A DNA stretch of 62,780 nucleotides, counting the filler, from Sphacelaria rigidula (Eukaryota), in assembly GCA_964200075.2 (NCBI GenBank). It is 5 parts of 5 records of this genome, joined end to end, with 100 filler letters (N's around TTAATTAATTAA, not from the genome) between each part and the next. Parts side by side here need not be neighbours in the genome. Positions count along the whole stretch, not along the records: positions 37,731 to 50,205 come from CAXNAA020003728.1; positions 50,306 to 62,780 come from CAXNAA020003729.1; 3 more parts are not named here. One strand, written 5' to 3'. This document shows, piece by piece, positions 38,509-50,500 of this stretch (position 1 is its first letter; every line of letters begins with the position of its first letter). The notes under the pieces are model-generated. The model was not told the DNA's origin. It saw only the letters and a program-made list of their open reading frames with translations, and made no database searches. A program made the position numbers and the translations under genes.

Positions 38509-41229
38509 CTCCTACGCTCGGCAGCTAAGATGCAGGACGGTTCGTTGGAAGGGGGCGCAAGCGGCGGTCGGGGGGCTGGAGGGACAGGCGGGAAGGCGAA
38601 GGGCGCCAACAAACCGCCGCCGGATGAGAGGGTGAACAGCAATATTACTTGCGACCACCAGAAGCTGACCAGCAGCAAGTGTGTATATCGGGTCAACTCG
38701 GTCGAATATTGCACTAAATGGGTTATTTTCCTACTGTTGTAGTAATAGTACTGGCAGTGGCTGTAGTGGCCTCAGCAGAAGTGGTGGTGGGTGTTGGCTT
38801 TGGTTTTCGATTGACCTTGAACCCCACCCCCTTCCCCACTTCCTCGGGACAAGTCCATGGTCTCAAGAGATCTACCCACCTCTCCCCCGGAACACGCCTT
38901 GCAGTTTGGTCTCACGGATTGGATCATGACCATCAGCACTCCCGTACCGCGTCGACTGTCGTGAAACGCACTCAAACAAACTATTTTTCGCTACTCATGT
39001 TATCACGCTGTCAACGACGCAAATCAGATACTTTGAAGGACAAAAAAAGCCGAACGCGTGTGGCGGGAATCGAACCCGCCTTCTTTACACCCTAATGGTG
39101 TCGGTTGGATCATGACCATGAAAACATCAGGGCGCGGCGGCTTGGGTTTGAATTGGATCTGGTGAACGAAATATCGTCAATTCTGATCGCTGTTTCTTAT
39201 GGGAATCGTGCAATACATATTCTGTAAAAGTACAAGGAGTTACATGCGGTCCGCGTTCGAGCAAAAACGCTTGCCTTCTGTGACCACGGGTTGCAGAGAT
39301 GAGGCTAGATTTATTATTTTATTTATTTGTCGCACTTTGAACCCTTCCCCTTACTCGGGACGAGTCCGCAGTCTTGGAGGATCACCCCGTCTATCCCCGG
39401 TACACGCCTTGCATTTCGGTTTTGCGGATTGGGTCAGCACTCCCGCACCGCGCTAACTCACGTCAAACAAACTCAGTCAACTACTTTGTCTACTCACGTT
39501 CTCACACTTTCCACGGTGGAGATCAGATACTACGAAGAAAAACCCAACGCAGCAGGAATCGAATCCTCGATCTCTCCACCCCAATGGCGACAGTCGAACC
39601 CTTACACCACCGGGGCGCGGCTAATGTGCGGGAGTAACAATGAAGACAATAACTGCTTACTACTCACCATTCGTTCATCATAACAGAGGTTAGAGTAAAA
39701 CCGAACACTACTCCGAGAAAGCGCCTTTTCTCTTGTCCGCTCTTTTATGTCAGTCTCATGCGCCGTAAGCAGCAGTATGGTCAGAATCGGCCACAACAAC
39801 AACAACTACCCAAGCAGTCGTCGTACGAAAGGCGGACCGGACCGAACCGGGCTGTCCATCACAGTCTCTCGATGAACGTTCGCAATAAATGATCACCTGA
39901 GAGCGAGATATCTTGATTGATTGATTGATTGATTGTCGCACATTAAACTGATCCGCCTGGGATCCAGCCGTGGTTACCTGATGGACAAACTCGAGAAAAA
40001 TCGGAACGGCGATACTCGCTTGAGAAAAGTGAGGAAAAACATAAAGATGGAGCAGACAAAAAGGGTAAGAAATACAAGGAAGTGTATTTCCTCCGTTCCT
40101 CAAGTCTGGGTAGTTAGTTCTATTTGTACGGACTGCCAACCGTGTCCGATTAGATTAATTATTTTTTCATCCCTTTTGGGGAGGGGGGGGGGGTGAAAAC
40201 CGATATACTTTTTGACACTTGGTACTTGACTCCATCCGGCCCACCTTCCGCAAAAATTGAGTCGGCCCGAAATGGCTGTGTTTTCGCCCCTTCTCCGGGG
40301 ACAAAAAAAAAGGTGTGGTAATAATGGCAAAATGAAATAAAGCTCTTCGTCCTGGCTTGTTTGTCGTACAGAGGCTAGATACGTCTCGTCCATACCACTT
40401 TTGTCACGTTATCACTTCTGTCAGTGCACGAAAATGGCAAAAATCGATCAAATTTAGCTGAAGCCGGATTCGAAGGGGGGCTAAACTTGGGTCAATTCTG
40501 GCCCGAAGTTGTGTAAACAGAGCACCTTTTGTTTTCTTATTTTTCGAGTATCTCTATTATTCCATATCTTCACCGATCCGAATTAAAAGCATTGTGAGCA
40601 CGTCCGGTCGGGAGATGCCACCTGCGCCTCATAGCCACCCAGACTTGCGGGACAGAGGAAATACATTCTCTTGCTTTGATTCCTCGAAGATTTTCATTTT
40701 CGCATGCAGTAGAGCTCTCCTTGTGCCCTTATTTCAACGAGTGTAATGTAGACCTCACTCCATCTTATTTATTATAGTTCGCGTACGGTGTTGATTTTCT
40801 TTTCTTTTCTATACGTCAAAGCAGTACAAAAACATGTAGATGTTGTGCTTCCGCGGGGTGCTCTCTTGATTGTTTCCCGCAGCGAAAAGATCAACAATAT
40901 TTCACACGTCGGACAGCTTATGAGCTACCTATATATGACTTCATATTAGTGTACTGGCCCAGATCATGAGCTTGCTTATTTGGCCCCCGGTGTCCGTATC
41001 AGCTCCCTGCAGCACTGGACGCCACGCACACGGAGTAGCGCAAAGCTTGCGCTTCGGCTCCTCTGACCCCGCTGCCACGTATTATGTGGTTTCGGATCAG
41101 TGGATATTCGATTCCTCTTTGATTGGTGATTTTAGGTAGCTCATGAGCTGTGTGAATGACTCTGGCTGATGGGCCTGCATTTTCCGGAAGGTGTAGACTG
41201 ACCTCCAGAAAAGATAAGATGATAGCACG

Positions 41230-41263
<34 letters not shown>

Positions 41264-44200
41264 TGGGCTGTCCGACGTATGCAACATTTGATGGAATGAA
41301 CGAAACACAGGAGAGGTGCGCAGAAGAAATATCGGTACATATCGGCGTCGGGCTGGAGAACGGTCCTGGAACGGTTCCCGCGAGCTGCCGAACTCGAGTA
41401 CCCGGCAGGGACCCCTCCTTGCGCCATCTGCCAGGAACAGGCAAGTACCACGGATGTGGAATCTGGAGTTTTCTCTCTCTTTTTTTTTCCGCCATACGTT
41501 TTGCCCCTTCCCTTCCTCGAGACGAGTCCGTAGTCTCGAGAAATAAGGCCGTCATCTCTCTACCCCGGTACCTGCCTTACACTTTTTTAACAAGGACTGG
41601 ACAAGCACTGCCGCACCCTATCGACTGTTCGTCGATTTTTTTCTTTCGCTTCTCGACGCTCTCATTCGTTCAATGACGAGAGAACCAGATTCTGGTGTAA
41701 CAGTAATAAAGACAGTTTTGGTCGGAGTTGAACTTTCAGCCTTCCATCCTAAAGATATATAATGGAGCTTGCTGTAATAGGTTTAAACCACCGGGGAGTG
41801 GCGGCAGCACTATACCAGTACCAGTATTTCTCATGTTGCAGTTCATGAGATGTTGTGGCGAGTAAGTAAACACGACGAGGAGCAGTGCAATGACGTTGTG
41901 GTTGTGGTTGTGGTTGTGGGTGTAGAGATGTGCCCAAATCGGGCCCTCGCCTCACGCAGGGCCTTACATTCTGTACAGTTCACATATGGGGCTTCAGATA
42001 TGTAGCCCAAACTGCTGTGCTTCACGTCGAGCCGCCCTTCGCGAAGCCTGCACGGTGAATCGTTGCGCTCTAAACCAAGCTAGTGACTGCAATTTTGTTT
42101 TGTTGTCGTTTTTCCCGTGCTCGTTGTCAAAGCGATAAAAAACAAAAGTGGGCTCCTCCTGAGGAGTAGTTTGTCGCTTGCTCAGTAGAAATAGTGGTTT
42201 CCCCTCAGTATAACCTCGTCGAGACATAAGTCTGCTGTCTCTTTTCTCTGTCTCTCTAACCCCTTTCATGATCAGTGTTTGTGTGCGGTCGTACCTTTGA
42301 CCGCGATCCTCTTCATTTTTTTTGTTTAGTTCTCATGTATGCCTTCTGAAGTTGACCCCTGGTGCGGCTTTACCAAGCTAACTCCTGTGGCATTTGTAAT
42401 CGTCGCGTGCTCGTTCCTTTGTTCAACGCCAGCCTGTCTTTGTACCTCATGAGATCGTTGACATAATACTCACAAGGGAGTAAACACGCTTTTCGACTCT
42501 TGCAGCCATGGTTTAGCAAGAAGTGGCGTTATGCTTCCTTTAAAGTTGCAAATTATAATTTCGATAATTAATGGAGTATGACCGTGTCTCGCTGTCTTGT
42601 CTTTGTGTAACGGCGTACTTGTCAATCACCCGGTCCAGGACAATGATGACAATCAGCTTAAAATCCAGTGGCGGCAGGCAAAGAGCATGGAGCTCAACAA
42701 CGGCCCAGCGCTGAAGGCTCTCTGGCGAAGGGGGGGGACCGCGTTTCCTCCCAAAGTATTGAAGATGCACCGAGCAGCGATTTCGAACAAGTACGTGCCT
42801 GAAAAGTAGGCATGTCAGTACGGCTACAACGCCATGCTCTTTTGAGACTCTGTGGAGACGTGTCCCCTCGTTTTTGCGGTCGTTGTTGGTGATGGTGATG
42901 GTGGTGGTGTTACTTATGTTGCGTTTGGGTTTGCATGATCACCGCCAGAGCATGTTCAACGGTAGCCAATCCACTTGATTGATTCATTTAATTTGATCGA
43001 TTTGACCTATTTGACCGATTTGACCGATTTGATTGATTGATCGTCTGTCGCGCATAAACTGATCCCCGAAGAATCCAGTCGATTAATACAAGATAGACGT
43101 ACGGGGAAAAGGCATTGGCACACGACATGATATTCTTGTTTAGCATCTGGCTGTCAGAGTCCAACAAAAGGTGTGGCGCTGTTGTGCATGTTACGTGTAA
43201 AATCATTTGATTTTTATGAGTTTTACGGGCGTTGGACGTTGAACGCCAATGAGCCATGACACTACGGCTATGCGAGTAGTCATGGTGCTAGTGTTTCCCC
43301 TCAACGTCCAACGGTGGCCATGCATACCGTCGATATGCTCCGAGCTTCACGTTCCCCATGGTGATGGCTCAAAGTTTGAGTTCCTGTGCAGATCAAGCTA
43401 CACCGGTGTTATAGTGCAGTGAATTTTTATCGTGTGATGCTTCAACATGCTGTGCTATGGTAAACTATCCTGTCACTTGTTGCGTTCCGAAGTATTACAG
43501 TTTGCTATGTTGTTGTACCTCGTGTTACGTTACGTCACATCGTGCTCTGCTAGGATATGCGATATACAGGATGATGTGATCGATTGTATCATGTTTTGTT
43601 TGTTCTGTTGTGTTCGGTCGTATGTGTGCCCGTTGTTAACACCACAGCAGCAATGGCGGAACGCTCCCAGACGACAGGTTTTTTTTGGCTGAAGCATGGT
43701 GGGTGACCCAATGGAGGGGCTATCACGACAGTTCGCACCCGGGTGTCGATCCTCCTGGACGCCTCTTGAATGAGGTGAATGCATTCCGAATCTCCGGAAA
43801 CCTGATCTACGAAAGCCCCCCACCATCTACGAACAGTCATTTCGGCGATCTGTACGAAATAATCAAAAAGTCGCAATTAACTTACTCATCAATTCTTTCA
43901 TTTTTTCGAGTCTTTTATTGGATCTGCAGAGGAAAGGACGCAGCAGTCGACGTGATCCCAACGATCTACAAAGATCCCCCCTCCCCCCCCCGTTTACTTG
44001 AAGGATGGCGATTCGTCGTCAGGTATGGAGAAACGACAAACGGAGTTTGACTCATAGCGTTGCTAAGATATTCGTTTGAAGTTGTGGCGCGTAAATGATG
44101 TGTTGAATATTTGAAGAGCACCAAGTAACACCATTCAGTTACCATCTGAGACCACAGAAACAGGACTTGAAGGTAATCCGCAACTATAGTCATGATGTAT

Positions 44201-47087
44201 CCGGTACATTACAGAAGAATATTGAAAATTGTATGAAGATTGCCCAACACTTAGCGTAGGTGGTGGAGGTCGAGTTTAGCTAGCTCCAATCCGGTCGATC
44301 GATGGCTTTCAAACTCTGTTCTCACGCTGAGTCGGTCTTGGCTAGCTATGTGTAAATTTGGAGCATTGTGAGCATCAGTGCCTCTCCGTCCCTCACCTCA
44401 CCTCACCACCAGGGGGTGGGATTGATTCATCGTGAGATGAGTACAGCTTGGGATAAGTGTACGTTGAGCTAATACCATGAGATGAGTACACCTTGAGATA
44501 AGTGTACCCTGAAGTAATAGCTTGAGAGAGGTAGACCTTGAGACAAGCACACCTTGAGATGGGTATACCTTGCGATAAGTGGACCTTGAGATATGTACAG
44601 ACTGAAACAATTACGGCTTCCCCCAGTGTATACACCAGGAAGTGCGGGGTCACCAAGAATTGGGAGAGTAAGAAAGTTGCTCACGTGTGGTGAAAAAAAG
44701 CTGGAGTTAGCCTAGAAGTCCTTGAAGTTGTGGAGAGAGCTGCTTGGTGCTCTTGACGGAATTGTCACTGATTGGACATTAAGTCATGTGCTGCGAATAC
44801 AACGGTGTCGTGAGATGGATGTACCTAAGGTTCTCTGTCCGCCTGAAATCTCGTATTGGGAGGCGCCAGCTCTGACTCGTGTTCTGCTGCAGGGCAGCGA
44901 GCCGAGAGGGCAGAATACTCGACGAACGTGGTATACATTACGTTTTTTCATCAGACCGTTTCTTGGGGTTGCCGGTATTTTTTTTGGCGGAATGTTACAG
45001 TTTTGAGACATTTTATCCCGTTTTTGGCCTACAAACAGGGGATTTTGCCACAACATGTCTTGGACTCTTTGTATCACCCCATCGAAAAGAGTCTAGCTGT
45101 CTCTTTCGGCTCGCTTGACTCTGAGGTTTAGAGAATGGCTTGAGAACAAATAAATATACAGTTGGACGTGAACAAATGTGGGCACGATGTGGAAAAAATG
45201 CAAAATCATGACAGACACCTACTGACACCGTATTTTTCACGTCTAGTTGGATTTCAGTTCGGAGGCCATTCTCGGAACCTCGGAGCGAAGTGAAACGCAT
45301 GAATGTGTTAGACTCCTTTCGATGGGGTGATGCAAACTGTCCAAGACGTGTTATGGCAATATCCCCTGTCTGTAGACCGAAAACTGGATCAAATATCCCA
45401 AAACTGAAAAATTCTGCCAAAAAAATACCGGCAACCCTAAGAAACGGTCTGGTGCAAAAAAATGGTTGATTGATTGACTATATCGTACTTCAGCTGGCCC
45501 CCCAGGAATCCAACCGTGGTCACATGATGAACGTACCCGACACGAAATAAAACTAAAGCACTCGCTAAAGAAAAAAAATAGAACAGAGCAACAAAGTAGA
45601 CCAAGAAACAAAATACCAATACATGAAAATAAGAAGAAAAAAGGGCTGGCCTTTGCCACATGGGTTCGGTGGGAAAGATCTGGCGCAGAACCACACTCAT
45701 ATCCATTCGTAGAAAACAAAAGGGCGTGGGAAAAGGTTGCGGCTTATTTCCTATGACCACACTGGCAGGGGTATGGACCCTCTCCTTCATGGACAAACAC
45801 AATCAAGCGAGGCACCACATTGCTCTGGCATACACCGGCAGGAAATAACATATATTAAAGATGGGGGAAAGTGAGAGCAGAGAAGGAGGCTACAGGAGTG
45901 AAGCCCAAGAATATAGGGCAGCAGAGTAGATACAGACACACACTAGGGGGCACGGCAGAGCCACCGACGCCGGACACGATCAACAACCGATGAGAGCAGG
46001 CAGGATTCTTCGATTAGCGGTCCTCGACGCAGCAGCGAGCTCTCGTTTGTGGCAGCGGTCCGATTCTCGTGTTATCTTGGTGTCGCCACGTGCTCTTCCG
46101 CTCCTTTTTCGACTCCAATATGTCAGTTGCCCATGTTGTTTCGCCGGAGTGAATCAATCGTAGACATCATTAACCTCTTTACCGGAGACAAACCATTTTT
46201 GTCGTGCTCCCTTGTACGGAACAGCCCCTAGTGCACGTAGGTTCTCGTGGAGGTTTTCCTCCCAGCGTTTGGGGGGAGGCGGCCAGCCTTCCTGGGCCCT
46301 CGTGTGGTTAGCCGCCCGTTCATGATGCGTTTAGGAAGGCGTGTTTCCTTCTGCCGCACAAGGGCTCCCGCGAAGCAGAGTTGACCTTTGCGGATAGTCG
46401 TCTTGATACGTTGGCATTTGGTCATCTCGAGCACCGCTCTGTACGAAAGAATCTTGTACCCATTTCGACATTTCCTGCGGGATCTACCCACTCGCAGCAA
46501 AAGCTCATGATGGGCAGTGCGCAGACTGTTGAAGTCCTCAAAACGTAACGTCCATGTGGCACATCCTTACAACAGAGTTTTGCCACCTCCGCTTGAAGTA
46601 GCCGAGCATTCAAGGATAGTTGGGCGTTGGGTCGATCGTATGGTTGGGAGCTATATTTTCGAATACCGGCCCATGCTGCGCTGATGCGGCGATTGATTTT
46701 GATGGACATTTTTGCATCCACGCCGATAGCACCACCAAGGTAGACGAACTTCCTGTCTGCTTATACCGTTGACCGGCAGGTTTAATGTGCGGGGCGGCCC
46801 CCGTGGAACTGGGTACTGACCACAGGCGCATGGACTCTGTCTTGCTCTCGGAGACCATCAGGCCTCATCTTGATTATTGTTGTTGTTTTTGCTCTTGTTA
46901 ATGCTATTTTTTTTCATGATTTTGCCAGAAACTTCGATGCCAGCATGGGTTGGCAATCATGCAGCCGCGATGTCAGCAGGTGCTGGAAGGGTTGATTCCG
47001 GCCACAGCGGCAGTTCGAGAGGAAGCGGCCAAGGGCGCGACTGGGGTAGAAGTGCTGACAGAAGCGGAGTGGCGAGCTCTGTCGAAA
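38509..47087 (+). CDS. USP48: Ubiquitin-specific protease USP48/UBP26-like, DUSP-repeat region (internal exons)
   Basis: Phase-consistent exons: 38509-38678 (...PPPDERVNSNITCDHQKL), 41311-41440 (KKYRYISASGWRTVLERFPRAAELEYPAGTPPCAICQEQ; GC donor), 42639-42790 (DNDDNQLKIQWRQ...), 43648-43774 (LPDDRFFLAEAWWVTQWRGY...PPGRLLNE), 46929-47087 (KLRCQHGL...EVLTEAEWRALSK). The repeated N..(I/L).C.H..L ... W..L ... CxxC pattern matches the tandem DUSP domains of USP48/UBP26. The catalytic domain is not in the window. Confidence 0.75.
38812..39105 (-). mobile_element. tRNA-derived SINE
   Basis: GGCGGGAATCGAACCCG (B box, reverse); body collinear with 39320-39621. Confidence 0.7.
39320..39621 (-). mobile_element. 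tRNA-derived SINE, near full length, with LINE-like 3' end
   Basis: Minus strand: GCCCCGG-TGGTGTAAGGG (A box) ... GATTCGATTCC (B box) ... GGGTTCAAAGTGCGACAA-(ATAA)n. Confidence 0.75.
39914..40080 (-). mobile_element. RTE-like LINE 3' end with (AATC)n tail
   Basis: (GATT)n-GTCGCACATTAAACTGATCCGCCTGGGATCCAGCCGTGG. Confidence 0.7.
44432..44602. repeat. Minisatellite, ~16-nt unit
   Basis: About ten degenerate CCTTGAGAT(A/G)AGT(A/G)(C/T)A units, with no spacers. Confidence 0.8.
44943..45462. mobile_element. Foldback/MITE with ~150-bp inverted arms
   Basis: CAGACCGTTTCTTGGGGTTGCCGGTATTTT...CACCCCATCGAAA.GAGTCTA mirrors TAGACTC.TTTCGATGGGGTG...AAATACCGGCAACCCTAAGAAACGGTCTG. Confidence 0.8.
45465..46865 (-). 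mobile_element. 5'-truncated, decayed RTE-clade LINE (post-RT coding remnant, 3'UTR and (AATC)n tail)
   Basis: Frameshifted GL.VSESKTE, FVYLGG.IS, INRRISAAW, TWTL, LC/FAGALVRQKETRLPKRIMNGRL, typical of the RTE ORF C-terminus. It is continuous with GACCACGGTTGGA..GGGGG.CAG..GAAGTACGA-(TCAA)n. Confidence 0.88.
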
Positions 47088-48414
47088 GTGAGTAGACGAC
47101 AAGTGTACACCCTATTACTTTTTCAATTCGTTCCTCGTCTCTTTTGTGAGACTTACACTATTTGTATGTTTTGCCTCGCATGTATTATTTGTGTTGTACT
47201 TGCACTTCTTGTATCTTTTGTATCATCTTCATCATCTTCACCTTCGTTTTTGTTCACTGTTTATTGTTCACTGTATTTTTATATTCGAAGTTTTGTAGGA
47301 CTGTCGTGGAAAAAGGGACCTCACTGTGAAGAGAGAACGCTCCTCACGCGCCTAAGGTTCCGTAATTCCGGTTCCGTAAATATTATCCACGAAACGTCAT
47401 TCCCCACCACCAACAGCTTGCTGGCTGTTTGACCCGAAACAATACTACTTCGTCGCCAGACATGAGGCAAAGCGTTGGGATAATAATGCAGTGGTGATTC
47501 TTCAGTTTCTCGATAACTGTTTTTGCAGTGAAAGGGCTGAAAATTAACCTGTACCCCATCTCCATATAAATACAGTGATGAATAAATTTGCAGGATATTA
47601 CAAATGTTCCCAAGATTGAGCAAGACCTCGATCCCTTATAAAATGATACATATCGTAATCTGTACGAAATTCTCCTATGATGGACTCAACCTCTACCTTA
47701 TTATTTTCAGTCTAGAGCAGACCTGGGGCAAGCAAGCTGGGTGCGCTGCACACTAGGAACACGAACCTAGACAACGATTAGAGCACAGACACGGCACCTG
47801 CAGCAGTAGCCAGTCCTCCATGGGATTATGATCTTCTTGAGAACAATAGTTGTACCCTTCTCATGGACTCGAACAGCATCGTTGGGCTTATGAAAAGAGA
47901 AATGGACACAAGTGGATCGACCCACCTTTTTTTCGGCCAAAACTGGACCTTGGCCAAACGCAAGTACGGGCTCTGTCCGTGCTTCTCTGCAATTGATCGG
48001 AATTCAATCCTCACACGAGCACAAGTCGACCCCCCGGCCTAGGGAGAGCACAGGAGTCGACCTTCAAAACCTTCCGAGCCCGCCCACGGACCAAGCAGTT
48101 CCGCGGGCAAAGCAAAGGTTGCGCAGTAGACCTCCTTCGAAACGGGGTGGGACGACCCACCGCCATCCTGTATTTTCATCCCCGACCCTATTTTTGTGGG
48201 CCCCTTTTCCGCCAAAGTAGACCCTCTGGTGCACCACTCTCCGCCCCTCAAACCTGACCCTCCAAGCCACCGCACGGCAGAATACGTAAGACCTAGAACA
48301 TCTCCGCCGCATCTTCCAGCGGCCTGGAGGAATCCCCCACACAAAAACTAGATTCCATCGGGATGTCTACCTGGTCGCTACCTAGTGGAACAACAATAAA
48401 GTGGGTAAATCACC

Positions 48415-49628
48415 ACCTATTGCGGCCCAAAAGTAGGTACAGGTAAACGCGGAAGTTGGAGCTGCCTATGCTAGGCCCAAGCCGCTCGAGAATCAATCCT
48501 GACACAGAGGAAAGGCGCCCACAGCCCATGCAGAGCATGTACGCCAACTCTCGCGGGAAAAGAGCGCGATTTAGGGCCGAAAAGCACCGCGGGAAACAAG
48601 GACTTCGCAGAGTACCCCCATTTTGTCTGACGCTAACCCCCATTTTGTCTAGAGTGTACCCCTATTTTACCACTATCATTTTTCCACAGCCGCCGTCAAA
48701 CCCACCGCACGGCACAAAATCGGATGGCCGAGGAATATCTCCATCGCTGCTTGTTACATCTTTCTACGGCCTGGAGACCCCGCCGTCAGTGATTTCCCCA
48801 CTAGACCCCTGTCGAGTGGTTGACACCCCTCACGACCGTTGGGCGCGCGCGCGCAAATGACACAACAAGTAACTTGCGAAATACCGAACACAACTCGTTC
48901 CCTCATGGTCCATGATCGCTTCATGTATTATTCTCCGCGATTACGATGTGTGCCTCTATTAATAGTGCTCCTACAAATGTTTTGTTCCTTGCCAGTGGCC
49001 AGTAGGGGGGGTTGTCTCGACATGGTTGCGCTGTGCGCCTCGGCGATGACCGAGGGGAGAGGTATAGCCGCTGTCGTCCATATTTTCACAAGTTGTTGTG
49101 CTGTTTGCGTTGTGATCCGTATTTCGCAATTTGTTGCACCGTTTACGTGCGCGCACGTCTAACGGTCGTGCGGGGTGGACATCACTGACGGCGGGGTCTG
49201 CAGGCCGTAGAAAGATATAACGAGAAACGTTGGAGATATTCTTCAGCCGCTCGATTTTGTACCGTGCATTGGGTTTGACGGCGGCTGGAGAAGGCTGATG
49301 GTGGTCAAATAGGGGTGCACTCTAGAAAAAATGGGGGATAGCGTTATACAAAATGGGGGTACAAGACAAACTTGGTAGTTTATGGTGGGTATACCTACCC
49401 CCATTGCCAGACAGAATAGGGGCTCTGCGAATACCTTGTTTCCCGCGGTGTTGTTCGGCCCTTGAACGTGCTCTTTTTTTTTCGTAAAAGTTGGCATACA
49501 TTCTCCGCATGGACTGTGAGCGCCTTTCCTTTGCGTCGAGATTCATTTTTCAGTGGCTTGGGCCTAGCACAGGTAGCTTCAACTCCCGCATTCACCTGTA
49601 CCTGTACCTACTGTTGGGCTGCAGCAGG
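48415..49628. mobile_element. Large foldback element, ~480-bp diverged inverted arms
   Basis: 48415-48895 mirrors 49109-49628 (e.g. CTTTCTACGGCCTGGAGACCCCGCCGTCAGTGAT vs ATCACTGACGGCGGGGTCTGCAGGCCGTAGAAAG). Confidence 0.8.
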
Positions 49629-49659
49629 TGGTACCCCCCCACCCACCCCCACCCTCCCC

Positions 49660-50205
49660 ACGTGATCGTACCAAAGCTGGAATATGCAGGCGAAGCATGG
49701 GAGGGGAATGTGAAATTGGTGAAGAAATTAGAAACAGTATAGATGGCAGCAGCGAAGAAGATACTTGGATCCTCGAAAACGACGAGTAATACAGCACTTC
49801 GAGTAGAGTTGGGAATGTACTCACTTGAAACAAACACAGACACGAGGAAATTGAGATGGCAATACAGTGTAAAGAACATGCACAGAAAGAGACTGCCAGC
49901 TATAGTTGATAGCGCTGTCTGGAAGAAAATTACGAAAGGGCATGTGATAAGGTGGGATAAAGAATCCGAGAAAGTATGGAAAGAGATAGGAGAAAACCAA
50001 GACGAAATACTGTCCATAGGTGAAAGTGCGGGGTACAAAAGTAAGACACATGATAGAAATAAGGGGAAAAGGAGCGCTCAGACGCAAGGTAGACGAGGAA
50101 GAACACCTGAAGATATATGGGTGGTTGAGAGAGGGGATTGGAATGAAAATATATTTGCATGGCCCCATGGACGCTGCGAAAATATGAAACTGCGATTTCG
50201 GGTGG
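49660..50205 (+). pseudogene. Decayed LINE fragment (post-RT region), same family as 35730-36752
   Basis: VIVPKLEYAGEAWEGNVKLVKKLETV*MAAAKKILGSSKTTSNTALRVELGM parallels 36588-36750 at the DNA level; internal stop. Confidence 0.85.
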
Positions 50206-50305
50206 NNNNNNNNNNNNNNNNNNNNNNNNNNNNNNNNNNNNNNNNNNNNTTAATTAATTAANNNNNNNNNNNNNNNNNNNNNNNNNNNNNNNNNNNNNNN
50301 NNNNN
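50206..50305. other. Artificial contig spacer
   Basis: N44-TTAATTAATTAA-N44. Confidence 0.97.
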
Positions 50306-50500
50306 TGCGAGGCGGGGGTGCGGCAGCCGAGAGGAGGGGGGTGCGTGGGGGGGGGGGGGGGGGAGGGGGAATTGCTTCATTCACTGTTGGGATCTGACGA
50401 CACAATTTTTGCCCCGAACTAGTAGGGTAGTGTTCACGTGTCAGTTTGACCATCGGCACGCGGCTGAGAGGGGTAGTGGCGTATACTGGACGGTATATAC

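Noticed and set aside
43930..44022. Exon-like segment CTGCAG|...GTCAG|GTATGG in the USP gene
   Set aside because: Its most plausible open frame is phase 2-2 inside a phase-0 intron, and the flanking exons already give LLNE|KLRCQHG.
44432..44602. CRISPR-like array
   Set aside because: Units are contiguous 16-mers with no unique spacers; eukaryotic intron, no cas genes.
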